The notes beneath the pieces were generated by a model, which had not been told where the DNA came from, made no database searches, and saw only the letters and a list, made by a program, of their open reading frames with translations. A program made the position numbers and the translations under genes. A DNA stretch of 53,046 nt from Spirogloea muscicola. Lineage: Eukaryota. The DNA is taken from positions 949,158-1,002,203 of the forward strand of contig WELB01000020.1 of the NCBI GenBank assembly GCA_009602725.1, in the 5' to 3' direction. Every line of letters starts with the position of its first letter. Position 1 is the stretch's first letter. This document shows positions 39,380 through 52,000 of the stretch, in pieces.

Positions 39380-40681
39380 ATGGCCGCCCTCCTCGCCGCC
39401 GTGCTGGTCCTCGCCCTCGCCGCCTCCGCCGCCGCCAACTCACCCTGCACGCCCAACACCACCTTCGTCTTCGGTGGCGCCACGTCCGTCCAGCAGCTGG
39501 AAAATCAAGTCATTGCCTCCTACAGCTCGGCCATCGGCTGCTACGCTAACGTCGGGTGCGCCGTCACCCGCCATGCCACCTCACTGCGCAGCACACGCGT
39601 GGGGCGCGAAGTCCTGCTCCGCTTTTGACACGAGATGCTGGCAGTCCCCCTCTGATGCCACGGCCACGGCCCTTTCTGTCTGCGCCGTAGTAGAGCCGGA
39701 ACTTGATCAGCCATTCAGCCACTTCATAACACTGCGCTTGGCTCCTGGTCTTGCAGCTCCGGCGCCGGTTACAACGGCTTCAAGGCCCGCACGTACCTGG
39801 TTGCTGCCTCTGATGCTGCCATGACCTCGGCCCAGGAGAGCAACCTCGGCTTCGTCAGGTACACCGTGCCCCAGGGCCTGCAGTCCTACTCCCTACTCTA
39901 CAACGGCACCACGCAGCTGACTCTGTCTTGCCAGAACCTTGCCGACCTGTACTCCGGCTTCTCCACCTCCATCGGAGCTGGTGCCATCACCATCCCGGTC
40001 GCTCGCTCCGATTCCTCGGGCACAAGCTTCGTCTTCTCGTCCTACCTCAACCTCTGCACTGCCGGGGGTATCCGCCCTTGGCCCGCCACCAAGGTTGGCG
40101 AGGTTGTGGCCTGGGGCTCACCCAACCTGGTGACTCAGAGTGGCTCTCAAGCCCTTGCCGCGTACGTGTTCTCCCACCCTGCTGCCGTTGGCTACCTGGG
40201 GACTCCTGTGGCCATCACCTTCGTCACTGGCAATATCCGCATCGCGCTGACCAACAATAAGGCTGGTCAGAACTACAAGGGCAGCTCCTGCTCCGTGACT
40301 GGCGCTATCCCAGTCTCCCTGCCCGCGGCTGACGCGACATGATCTGGTGTCAACACCATCTTCCAGCCTGGCTCCGGTGTCTGCCCTATGGTTTCCTTCG
40401 TCTACATCTGGGTGCCCAAAATATACGTCGCCCCTCCGACACCGCCTGCCTGTGTCATCTGCTCCGCTACTCAACTCAAGACTTTCATGAACTTCATGTT
40501 CTCGACCAGTGAACTGGCCAAGCGCATGCGGTACTCCTGCGCTAGCGACCCGGCTGCATGGAAGTCCACCATGCAAGAGCTCCTCCGCGGTGGCATGACC
40601 GGTGGGGCCCCAGCTGTGCGTGCACGCCACGCTGTGAATCCGAGAAGAGCGCGCCATAAAGAAGAAGACTGTTTCCAGTAG
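39380..40681 (+). pseudogene. secreted PstS-like periplasmic phosphate-binding protein with premature TGA
   Basis: Signal peptide MAALLAAVLVLALAASAAA; GGATS; YANVG|SGAG across intron 39556-39756; AASD; RSDSSGTSFVFSSYL; AVGY. TGA at 40340-40342, after which the frame continues SGVNTIFQPGSGVCPMVSFVYIW...LKTFMNF (PstS-like C-terminus). Confidence 0.8.
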
Positions 40682-41119
40682 AGGGCGATGGTCAGCCCAG
40701 AGAATAAATTGAGCTCGCCACAGGAGACGAGGTGGCGCAACAAGAAGAATGAGACGTAGCCAGCCGGCCAGAAGAGCTTCTCGGGGCAAGCGTCAAGAGG
40801 TAGGTGACAAGAGAGGCCAGCGCCCAGATGTTCACAACACTGAGCATGTATGTAGCGTTCCCACCGCTGAGAGGGTTCAAGCTCGAGTCAATGCTAAGTT
40901 GTGTAGCGAAGCCGCGCCTGCCATGGCGTGGCGACGACGGCGGCGACAGCGGCGGCGACCTCAGCGGCGGCGACTGGGAAGCGACCGGACTAGGCGGGCC
41001 CGTAGGTGTTGAGAAGTGCAGGGTAACTGCCCTCCAGTGTCTGATGACCCCAGCCCGGCGGCGCGCCCTAGCGACGACGGTCTGGATCTCACGGATCCGA
41101 CCCCAACCCAACGGTGCAG

Positions 41120-41291
41120 ATTCAATCGAAATACCAACCGCTGGGTTACACTCTTAGCCCTCCTAGACCTCGTCTACCGCTGTCCGGGATGAGCATCCCA
41201 AGGCGCTACAATGCAGCTCCACACAGGACAGCTAGACCTAGACCATATGAAGCTAGCAGTCAAAACTTAACATAAAACAATCTTTCCAACA
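41120..41291 (-). mobile_element. possible short decayed LTR
   Basis: Minus strand starts TGTTGGAAAG, ends near ...TAACCCA, followed by TGGTAT (partial tRNA-iMet PBS-like). No pol seen. Confidence 0.3.
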
Positions 41292-41340
41292 ACATGTAGT
41301 CCTGGTGGCACAGCCCAGTGTAGGCATTCTCCTTTGCCCC

Positions 41341-41440
41341 AGTGACGTGCGGTGTGACGCGCGAGTGATGCGCGTGTGACGCGCAGGTGATGCTCGAGGT
41401 GACGCGCGATGTGACGCGCCTGCAGGCCATGTGACGCACA
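41341..41440. repeat. minisatellite of ~11-12-bp GTGACGCGC-type units
   Basis: About 8 degenerate copies of (T/A)GTGA(C/T)GCGC. Confidence 0.75.
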
Positions 41441-41457
41441 GGCGCGCTGCTTCCAGA

Positions 41458-41615
41458 AGAATGCGGCTGCTGTCATCAAAAGTGCGGCTGTAAGAGCAGT
41501 CAGGTGCATGCAGAGGGTGTACATGACTATATTTAGCAGAGCCACAGGTTGGGCAGACAGGGCGCTCTTACCACCCCCGTATCAGTGATAGAATTGTCAA
41601 GTGAGCTGAAGGACA
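41458..41615 (-). mobile_element. RLE retroelement 3' end fragment
   Basis: Matches 21228-21380 and the reverse complement of 42650-42790. Confidence 0.7.
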
Positions 41616-41989
41616 GGAAGAGCAATACCGCTGTGTAACGTTCCCACTTACTGTGAGCGTTAACACAGAATGTTACGCTCACCTGATTGGCACGTACCGA
41701 CCTGGCCTAGCCAGGTGGTCGCGCACGAGGGCCTCGGTGACGCAGTGTCCGCCCTGGCGCGCCTCGACATGGTCGGGCCCCGGCGTGAGCCGGTCCGACA
41801 GGTCGGCCACTCCCGCGGCGTGGGGCCTTCCGAGAATTCGCCCCTCGGGGTGGACCTCGTTCAGCCCTGCGGGGCGGGCCTACCCCTCGACAGGTCTGCC
41901 CCTCGGGCGGGCCTCGTTCGGCCCGCCCCCTGGCCCGCCCTTTGGGATTTGCTCCGAAATCCCTACGTCCGAACCCAATCAGGACTCGA

Positions 41990-42795
41990 CCGCCTAATTG
42001 CCCGTGAACAGGGGTTGGGTCATTACAGGGATTCTCATAGTATGATGATGCCTTGCTCATGGGTGACCACACGCTCAGGTGTGCCAGAGGCAGTGAACGC
42101 ACGGGCTCTCACAACCTCCTACGTGACGCCATGCATGGCATCGTCAAGGAGGCGGGATACCAAGTGGCGTTGGAGAGCACCTGGGTGATGCCCGTCCACT
42201 CCGCAACGGGGTCCCTTGGACGAGGCGTGTTGATCTGGTTGGCGTCTCCCTTGGAGTTGGCAAGCCTCTTCATGGACGGCGTCCTAACCGACAGCTTCCG
42301 GACGAAGGGCCTCATTACTTCTGAAGGTGGCCGAACACAAGAATTTGCTTAAGTACAAGGACCACCCGGCGGGTGATACCTTTTACCCCCTGGCCATGGA
42401 CATCCATGGGTGTTACGGGGGTCAGCGATCCTCGTTACTTTTGCTGCTGGCCTCTCAAGCTGACCCAGCGGCGTCGGGAAGAGGGTGCAGCCCTTCCCGG
42501 TGGCTCGGTGCCTCAAGGTCTTGTTTCCTGCTACCGAATGCGTTCATCTATGTGCCTACGGCGTTCCCAGGCGATTGCTTTGCATCGCCGGGCTGGTCGC
42601 GCCCTTGCAGCAGCCTCTGGTTTGCTCAGCGGGCTTGCTTTTCTTCCCCTCAGCTCATCTGACTTCCTACTGCTGACACGCGGGTATTGAGGGCGCCGTG
42701 TCTGCCTAGCCTTTGGCTTCGTCATGAACACCTGTATGCATCTGGCTTGCAGTTTACAGCCGATTCTTTACAATCAGCAGCCGCATTCTTCTAGT
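41990..42795 (+). mobile_element. 5'-truncated RLE non-LTR retrotransposon: Zn-knuckle remnant, RLE domain and 3' UTR
   Basis: GDHTLRC...SHNLLRDAMH...GYQVALE...DGVLTD...AEHKNLLKYKDH..DTFYPLAMDIHG...LRRSQAIALHRRAGRALAA...SDFLLLTRGY*, with frameshifts. Confidence 0.8.
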
Positions 42796-42879
42796 AAAGG
42801 GGCGATGGCTGTTCAGAAAGGAACGAAAATATCTTGAAGGGCCAAGGAAATTGCTAAAGCACACAGCGACTTAAGTGGC

Positions 42880-43826
42880 CACTGGGTGCTCAATATCCCA
42901 TCCCCTGTTGACCAGCCATAGCTCAGAGAAAGTAGTCTCCGCGTAGCGGGTCCCCTGTCTATAGCCAGAGACTGCAGCCAAAGCGCGACCGGCACGCAAA
43001 CGCAATGCGCGTGCCATCGACCGCTGCAGCGATACTGACAGGCGCATGCGATACACCTGGGCGAGAGAGCCTGCTGCGACGTAAGGGCAAATGCTGTGAG
43101 ATGCCAGCACGAAAGGAACAAAAAAGAGAGGAACGAACAAGGTTTAGAAGAAGCAAGCGCTTCCAAGGGGAGAGGAGTGTATATAAAGCGATGGAGGGCC
43201 GGGGTGCCCAAGTACGAAGGCAAGCACACTGACAAATGTACATTACCTGCTGCTAAGCTGACCCGCTCAGTAACCACGAGTCAGCACATAGAGGTCGATA
43301 AGTGATGCCCAAGTATGGGACGGCACTTTTACAAGCCCTAGTGCCACCAGCTAATTCTCGACCAGCTTTCTGGTGCAAAGCATGAGCGTGAGCTTGCTGT
43401 AAACAGGCTGCTGTAAACAGGCTGACACACGACGTTGCAAAAATGATAAGTAGGCTGCCGGCATGCCCATCTCGGCTGGAAGCGTATCCTCACGTCGTAC
43501 ATATCTCAGAACTGCAATGTTCTCAAGAAAAGGATGAAAAGGAGGACCCATGCAGCCAAAGTTGTCAACTAGCGGCTGGTAGGAGGTGATCGCTACGGGG
43601 GTAGTCAGAGGTAGTACTGCTCTGCACTGCTCACTCATAGCCAGCAACCTGGGTCGATGCTGGACACTTGGCCGCCTCCGTTATAACCACGTCGACTAAG
43701 GCTCGTGGACCTCCGCCAGGTCGTACACTGACGATGTCTAGGGTGCGATGGTGATGGCGTCCCTGAGCGTCCGTGATGATGGGCGTTATGTAGTTCAGTT
43801 CCACAATGACGCTGTAGTGTCCCCAC
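42880..43826 (-). mobile_element. two head-to-tail RLE retrotransposon 3' fragments
   Basis: GHYSVIVE...RTLDIV...ALVDVVITE, then an LSTSMC/SDLYVLTRGY*-type tail at ~43300, then a second copy YRMRLSVSLQRSMARALRLRAGRALAA...SELWLVNRGW. Confidence 0.75.
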
Positions 43827-44111
43827 CTGTTACGTGCCGTTAACCGTGGGTTAAACGCTGACGCGTAGTAACGGCGCGCGGCCCCAGCATCGTTGGTTTG
43901 CGACACGTGAGCGACGCGCGACAGTGACGCGCGGCGCGCCGCGGCTCACCGGAGGTGCCGCCGCATGGCCGCCGGGCCGCCGGGCCGCCGACATTATGGC
44001 CGCCGCGCCGGCGGAGCGGCCGCCGTATCGCCGCCGGGACTCACGAGGCTCCCGGGGTGGAGCGACCGCCGTGGCGTCACCGTCAATTGGAAACGTGGGC
44101 GGGTGCTGATA

Positions 44112-44262
44112 CTAAGGGCCGATTAACACTGGGACGGACGGACGCGGCCGAGGGGTACGTGTCGCGCGGTATGTGGAACGCCCGGAATTAAAGCCCTTGC
44201 CAAGTCGAGGCCAAGTCGAGGCCAATCTGCGTCCGTCCGTCCAAGTGTAAGTCGGTCCTTAG
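44112..44262. mobile_element. MITE (~150 bp) with ~34-bp terminal inverted repeats, Tourist/Harbinger-like
   Basis: ctaagggccgattaacactgggacggacggacgc ... gcgtccgtccgtccaagtgtaagtcggtccttag (about 4 mismatches). TA or TAA/TTA flanks. Confidence 0.75.
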
Positions 44263-44499
44263 ACACCGTCCCGCTTCCACGACCTCAGCTCGCCGTGACT
44301 CGGAAACGAGGCACCAAGGCTGGAGGTAACCACATTGGCGCCATTGACACGGCTCCCCTGACAGCCGTCGACACTCAGGGCAGGAGAACTCAGCAGCATC
44401 ATCTCATTGCCAGCACGAGAAGTGGAGTAGGCAACTACGCCAAGGCAGCTTGGTCTGAGCCCGGCACGCCTCCCACGCAACATTGGCAGCGATGAGTTG

Positions 44500-45710
44500 T
44501 CGCCTTTGCAAGTGCACCAACACATCACACCATGAGCACTTGAACGCCAGAGGGTCGTCATCATTGGGAAGAGGCTCCATCTGAGAGGCTTGCTCATGTG
44601 TTGTCGTCGTGCATTCGTCCACGTCCTGGCCAAGGTGCAGTTCTGTGCTCGCTGCAGCGTTGTGGGTTACCACGGGCTTTACAGAGGGCAGCCGTCTGCT
44701 CGCTTGATCGCGGTGGCATTGTTGGGGCCGTTAAGGTGGAGCAGCTTGGTGATAGCTAAACCAGGACGTTGGTGGAGATACTCTCTGTGCTGGCTTGGCC
44801 AATTTGCTCTACGGGGCTGTTGGGGAGCAGTTCGCAGCTCGACCTGCTGCCGTGGGCATCCTGTGGCAGCCGGGGAGCAGTCACCTGCTCGCTCTGCCAA
44901 AGGAATCCTCTTCCTCCACGGGACTGCCAAAGAAGCCGTCTTCTGCTCGCTTAGCTGCCGTTGGCATCCTCCTGGCGAGCTGGAAGCAGTAGTCTGCTCG
45001 TTGTGCCGAGGCAACTCTGGCGCTTTCTCGAAGCAGTGCTCTGCTTTTCTGGTGCACCTAAATGTTCCAAGCCATCCTGGGCACATGCCTCTGCTCGCTG
45101 GGCTGCCACGATCTCCCGAGCCCCCGCTATTGGGCGTCAGCCGCTGGTATGCGTACTTCTAAGCCGCTACTGAGAATAGCACACGATGTCATGTGGGGCC
45201 ATCTAAACCCAGCACGATGTCGAAGAGGTGCGCTGGGCACAACCCAGGCTGTTACGTATTACAGGAGATCCTTCAGCTGACCTTTTATATAGTCCGTGAG
45301 AGCTGTCAGCTTGACGGTGTTCCTGATATTGCTGGACCCTTGCACCCTCGTATGAGCTTGCGAGGCGCCCGCTGAAGGAATCTCAAAGCTCCGACTGCTA
45401 AAAGTGACGGTGGCACCTCTAATCATGTTATATTAATGAAGGCATCCATTCGGGCAGCCACCGTGAAGATGTAACCGTGGCCAAACTGTGATGTCCGAGG
45501 CGCGTTCACGAGAGAAGGGCCCCCTGCGCCCCGTCGCCGTAGCCAGAAACGGATTGCCCTATTTGACCATGTAAACGCTTGGGTGCCCAAGCATTAGCGG
45601 TCAGAAGCGGGACAGTCCACTTGGTTCGTTCTTCAGTGTCAGAAGCGTTCCACCCTTGAAACGAACCTGACACTAGGTCACCAGCACAGTCGCTCGCACC
45701 TTGCATCGGT
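44500..45710 (-). mobile_element. decayed Gag-like remnant of an LTR retrotransposon
   Basis: Broken frames EERTKWTVPLLTANAW, ALTDYIKGQLKDLL, KAEHCFEK, FKCSWCDVLVH resemble Gag capsid and zinc-knuckle segments. TGTTACG at 43828 may mark an LTR edge. Confidence 0.35.
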
Positions 45711-46079
45711 AGGCGTCATTTGCACGTGTGCCGGCACACATGTATGGCAACTTCGTTTCCTCTATGACGTATCGAAGCACAACCTTGAATGACCGTTAGA
45801 GGTGTGGTGTGTGAATGACTCCCTACTTATTTGTAAGACTGATCTGCGGCACCGTGTGATTGCCTTGTGCACTCAAAAACGGTAAGATCCTGACCTGAAA
45901 GCAAGTGCTGGCTGTTTAATTGAGCCCGGGGCTCCTGATCGCTGGAAATAGCTTGCCTTCTGATCATTTATAGTGACCGAAGTAACAATTCAGGCTACAA
46001 AACAATGTCGTGGCATGCCCTTAAGCACGGCCTTTTAAAAAAGATTGCTCGGCAAGTGTGATATTCGCACTTGTGTTGC

Positions 46080-49000
46080 TCACAGGTAGTTAAACACACA
46101 AGAGGTCCTTGCACAGCTGCAACCACTGGGCTCACACCCACTCGTCCCTTTACCACATGAGGGGCCCGTGCACTTGGTGCAACTCTGCCCATCTCTGATA
46201 TCCTCGTCGCACCTTCCTGCGCCATCACAGTGGGCGCAGCACTCGTCGGTCTCGCATGTCCCAGTGATATAAGGCATGTAGTACTGCCCAGGAGTTGGCA
46301 AGCACACGGTGCCCGCTGGCTTGTTGCTGGTGACGTTGGTACATTCTCCAGCGCTGCCCAGACAAGACATGACATATTGGAGAGGTCATCAGATTGCAGG
46401 GAGGCTGCGGAGCACAATGGCGAGCCTGTGGTACTTTTCAATGCGCGGCAGGTGGTGTAGCTAGTGCTCACAAGCCAATTACTGATAGAAAGCGAGTAAA
46501 AGTGGAACACTGCATGATATCACGCAATGAAAATGCCATGCAGTTTTCTGTGAAGTATGGACCCCAACTACATGTGCTGACGGATGCCCACCTGCACGAG
46601 CTGACCTGGCAACGGACGTCAAGTGCATTGGGGTTGTACTCGTCACAGATGGTGCTATTGGGGTACCGTTTTGCAGTCTGACACTGGCCCAGGCTGCAAG
46701 AAGCAACAAAGCCTTGGTCCAGAATGAGCACTATTCGAACATTAAAGCTCATCAACGTCTAGTAGCTGAAACAAGCTCTGTAAATGTCACAGGAATCCCC
46801 TGTGCTGTTGCTCAGATGTCAAACCTGCAAGCCTGGTCTTGGCAGCGCTTTCCAGTTTGTGGGCCGCAAGCTGTGCCGTTGGCAGCCGTGTAGTACTTGC
46901 TGTAGTCACACTGGCCAGCACCACTGCATCCAGGTGGCCACATCACTCGAGCAGCGAGTACGTGAGATGTTGGCAATGCCTGATTCTGAAGAGCTTGCAG
47001 TTGACTCTCACGAAAGCGTGATCTACAAGCCACAGGCTAATGCTACCCTTGAGGCATACATCACATTCTCGTATCAGAGTAGGCAGACCACCACTGCATT
47101 AGTCTTCATAGTAGTCTGATTAGCAGATCTCCATCAAGTTGCCCGACTCTCAGTGAAAGATAGATTGACTGTGTTATTAAAGATGGAGTGGCCAGACATG
47201 ATACTGACACTTCGTCCTCATTGTGGTGCACAAATTGAAGGCATATACTACTGCTACCTTCCTTAGATTGGCTTCACAAGTCTCTCTTGGCCTTACTTGC
47301 ATCTATATATGAAGTTGCACTGATCGCCATTATCACACGGGGTTGTGCTCGGGGCTGGATCTGTGTTGGAACATGTACGGGTACTGTCAATGTGAACAAG
47401 GAAGAGGCTATGAGTGCAGAGTACGTCAGGCACACCAGAACATTTAAATAAGCAGCAGAAAGAGTGAAAAGCCAGACTTCAGTAATGAGGTCAAAAACAT
47501 ACCCTCACATGCAAGAATTGCTTGGCCAGTCATTGTGGGGAGAATTGGGTTGCTTACTCTGGATCACACGAGTATAGTAAGCAAGGATCTGGAGCACTGT
47601 AGTAGCCATACGGGTCCGGCTGTGCATTGGGGTTGCAGCTTGTCCTGCCATTGTACGTTGCAAGGCAAGAGCCCTTCCTGCAGATGTACCTATGCTTGCT
47701 GTTTAGTACATACTCGCAAAAATTGCCCCGTAGTAGACCCTTGTAATGCTCTGGATGACTATTAGACATTTCTGAGTTTCGGCTGTCAAGAATGTGATAG
47801 GCCATTGACCCTACCAAGCTTGCGCAAACTAACTTGAATGAAAACATGACATTACAAGCAACATGTGATTCATGTCTACATGGCTAGCTGATCACCTTCT
47901 GGGCTAATTTTACAACTGTGACGCTTTCTTGATGGATGTATTAGAGCGTGAAAGGCCAGGGCTTACTTACAAGCATGTGGTGTTGGCACACTCGTAATCA
48001 GTGAGAGCTAGGACGAATTTCGTTCCATCAGTGTAATTCTTGTGCAAGTTGCAGAAGCCGTTACCACTAGTCAACAGCAAGTGGTTTAGGCTTTAGGTTT
48101 GGGGGTTTCAGTACTGCCTTCACAAGCTCCTGCTATTAGTCAATGCGAATCGGCAAGAGCCTACTTTACTACTTATGGGTGCTGAGCGTCAAGATACTTT
48201 TTGAACAGGCATAGTGCATCACTAAAGAAAAGCAATAGTACTATATATGTATAAGGTTGCTCAAACCTAGCGCAAAGCTTAAAAACATGCAGGTGACATA
48301 TGAACAAGGCTCTATATGCTTACTTGCAAAAGGTGCTGAAGCACGTCAGGCCACTATGTGATGACTGGCAATCTTTGGAGGTAGTACGGAACGATCTCAA
48401 AATGCATGATCCATTGCTGTCAAAAAGGTATGTATGGCGTGAGTAAGCAGCTCTAGAAACTCTGAAAAGGCTTTCAATGCTGCAATGTAGTACGAGTTTT
48501 GTTCAAAATTTGGGTTCCTTGTAAGCAGGGACTGTATCTTTGAGCTCCACCAAATGCAGTATCTGCCAAATTGATCATGCAAGTGTGCGACATGACTTGC
48601 AACTGCTCTCACTGCATTCCCTACCGACTCTTTGGTAGCGGGCAATGTTCCTAGAGAATGTGGTCAGACAATTATGCACTGAGATTATTGCCATCTGACA
48701 GGTCTGAGCCCTGGATCTGTATCCTGGAAGCCAATACTTTCACCTGTGGACTAGTGCACCCAATAGCGTCAGCTTGTTACCTTGCACAGCGGGCGTCAAA
48801 GCAGTTGCCATCCCACCCAAGTTGGAGCTGGGCAATATCAGTGCATGTGTGATTGATGACTGATGTGCGCACATTCTGGAATGTACAGATCCCAGCCCTG
48901 TGCACAGGCGAATGGAGACAGGCATGTTGTCAAGGCTGTCACTAATGTAAGAAGTAAGTGTTAAGAAGTAAGTGTCATTTTGTCATCTGTAGAAGTCAAG

Positions 49001-52000
49001 GTATTGGTACTCAAGGAACCGAAGCAGATCTACAGTTTCCTAGTGCTCCTGCAGACATGCCACTAGCAATTGAATGTCAAGCGTGATAATTTGGCAATAA
49101 CCAAGATGTCCTTCTTTCCACGTCTATCTTGAATTATCAAACAATTTGGTTGATGCAAATTTGGTTGGACTGAAGAGCACTGACAGGCAGGTGACTTTGA
49201 GCATTGGTACGATTGACCTCCAGTTGAGGTGTGACAAGATGTTCCGTCAGCATATTGGTCCAGATAGCACCGTGCACTTGTCTCACTGCAGGAAAACACA
49301 CAAGAGTAACCTCCAGACATAGCTTAACAAGAGCTTCCATCTTCATGTTAGGCCACATAATACAACATAAGATAAGAAGATAAGATGAGAAAACATGACA
49401 TAGCATGCACTTGCGGCACTGAAAACTCCATATTAGGCAAGCCTCCATCTTGAATACTATCGGGGTAAAACAAGCAACCAAGCAGAGTGCCTATTGCAGG
49501 ACATATCAAGGAGAGTGTGAGCCTGTTACTAGTCAAGCTCGTGGCTTACTTGCAAAGTGCAAGATTGCAATCGTGAGCATACTCCACACCCAGATTGTCG
49601 CAGGAAGCTACTTCCGCGGAAGGAATGCAAGCTGCATGAGCACACAAATAGAAATTGGAGACAAGCTTTTATCTTTGGAGAGTTGAGGATTAGTACTCAC
49701 CCATGTTACATTATTTGCTCCAGCAAGCATATGATGACTTTCGACAGACTCAAAGCACTTCAGAGATAATTTGGGCTCACTAAGTGGCAGCTACTTTACA
49801 CAAATGCTTACAGGAAGAAGCAAAAGGTAATGCAGTTGGCAATTACGTGGGGCCAATTGTGCTGCGCATATAGAGGTCGGCCTCTGGTTTGCTTGGAGTT
49901 TGAAGCAGTTGTTGGAGATGTTGACTCTTACACCCGAGATGGACACGGATGCGACTGGGCCAGTCATGTAATTCCCAGATACATCAACATAATACAATTG
50001 CGTCTTGTTGAGAAGTGGATATAAGCTTGGAGGGAAGCCACCTTGGAAGTTGTTCTTGGACACGTCACTGCCGACAGAGCATGGAAACTATTACAAGATA
50101 GTCCCTTAACCAAATTAGTACAAGTATCATAGTTGGTCAAGCGCTGTCCAGCAAACATGCACATGGCAATCTCCTGCCTTCTGTTTTGAATGCCGAGCAA
50201 AGCAGAACCACTTACAGTTTCCTTAGCTTCTTGGAATCTCCGGAATAAGCATAAACTATGCCATGAAAGCTATTCCCAGCCAGATTGCTGCACATCGACG
50301 ACAGGACCAAAGCCTCTTCAAGACAGCTCGATTTGGGAAGCAGCTGACAGGTGGGGTCAAGATTGAACACGGGCTGTGCAGTAGATGTGGGTCATGCGAC
50401 AGTTGTGGACTTACGTGCCAGACCTAAGGGAAGTGCATCAGAATAAAGTCTGGCATCACTTGACAATGAGGTCCTCAATTAGTATCTGGATCCACGCTGA
50501 TTGAAGTTCCTAAGTCATTTGATGGCAAAGACAACGCTATCAAGTTTTTGGGGCAGGGCTCACATGATCTGGATGGTTCCACTCTCACTTAGGCTGATAG
50601 GAAAGAATCCAGTGAGGTTGTTGTAGGAAAAATCCCTGTGCGCAACAAACAAATCACAGTCATATCCTGCCTCACATATCAACGATAGAGCAGAGTAGTT
50701 GCTCATTATTGCAAGCTCTATGGCCACATTTTGACGGGGTGTGCAGCAGAGTAGTTGCTCATCGTTGCAAGCTCTGTGGCCACATTTCAATGAGGTTGGC
50801 CACAAGGTAACAACGACGGGCCTCGCACATAAGCGATTGCAAGGTCGGGCATGTAATAAGCTGATGAGCGATAGAAGAAGGGGATCTCTCCACTGAGCTT
50901 GTTGTGTGCCAATTGACTGCCAAACAAGGCAACTCGTTGTGAGACGTCTTGCAGGAAGATCTCGCCAGCCAGGTTCATGAGTGTATTCCGTCAGTATGAA
51001 TGTCATGCAAGTATATGCAATAAGTATCTGCCAACCACACAAGAGAGGCCAAGTAGATGATACAATGTGGAAGGTGTGGTTCTCTACAGCTGGCAAGCCC
51101 AGGCTTTCCTTTTTCAGGTTCTAAGGTGCAGAGCTATGGTGCTTTACCACTTACATCTTCTGAAGCCTAGACATGCCCTCCATGTTGGATGGTATTGTGC
51201 CTGTGAAGCCATTGTTGTCCATGATGCTGGATGAGAGACCAAGTACAGCTTTGAAGTGAGCAATGATACACAGGCTTTCTGTTAAGTTGCCTCGAATTTG
51301 CAGTAAGAGAGGTCTCATCTCTGCCAACTCAATCATAGAACCTTTACAAAGTGGTTTTTCGTTTGAGGAAAGGCAGACTGCTTCAGACCGGCAGTCATTG
51401 CCATGAGGCTCGAGAAAGGTTGCTTTGACAGAGAGAACTGACAAGATGACAAGGTTGTTGAGGTTCGTGATGGTCGTTGGTATCGCTCCCGTCAGATTGT
51501 TGCAACAAAGATGGCTGCACCAGTGGTGTGCAAGTTTGAATCAGGTCAGCAAATTCAGAGGTGGATATCAGATAAAATACCTCGAAGCCCACATAAGTGA
51601 TTGTAACTAGCTGAGAAAGGTCCAACTTGCAATATGGGCTGCGAGTGCCAGTCTGAGTTTCCTGTGGGTGACGTGTTGAGGGGTTTGAAAATATTCAAGC
51701 CTTATAGAGACTTGGGTCTTTTGTCACCAAAAGCACTGAACGCGGAATCTTTTCATGCTGCGCAGCAGTTCTGATACTAGTCGATTGTCAACCACTCTAC
51801 CTATTCATCTTCTGAGAACTCACAGCAGGCTCAATTTCGCCAGCTGCCCGATGGAGCTCGGGATGCTCCCAGTCAGAAAGTTGTGATCCAGGTTCCTGCT
51901 TGCACTAGTGTCCATCAGCTTATGACGAAATCCTATCCACATTCGAGCAAGTGCACATGCCTGCAAAGAGACTGTAGTGGAGAGTTGCGACGTCCACCAA

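Noticed and set aside
48082..48110. Degenerate TTTAGG(G) telomere-like motifs (also ~1562, 12612, 25828)
   Set aside because: Only 1-3 imperfect units, mostly intronic; not an interstitial telomere array.
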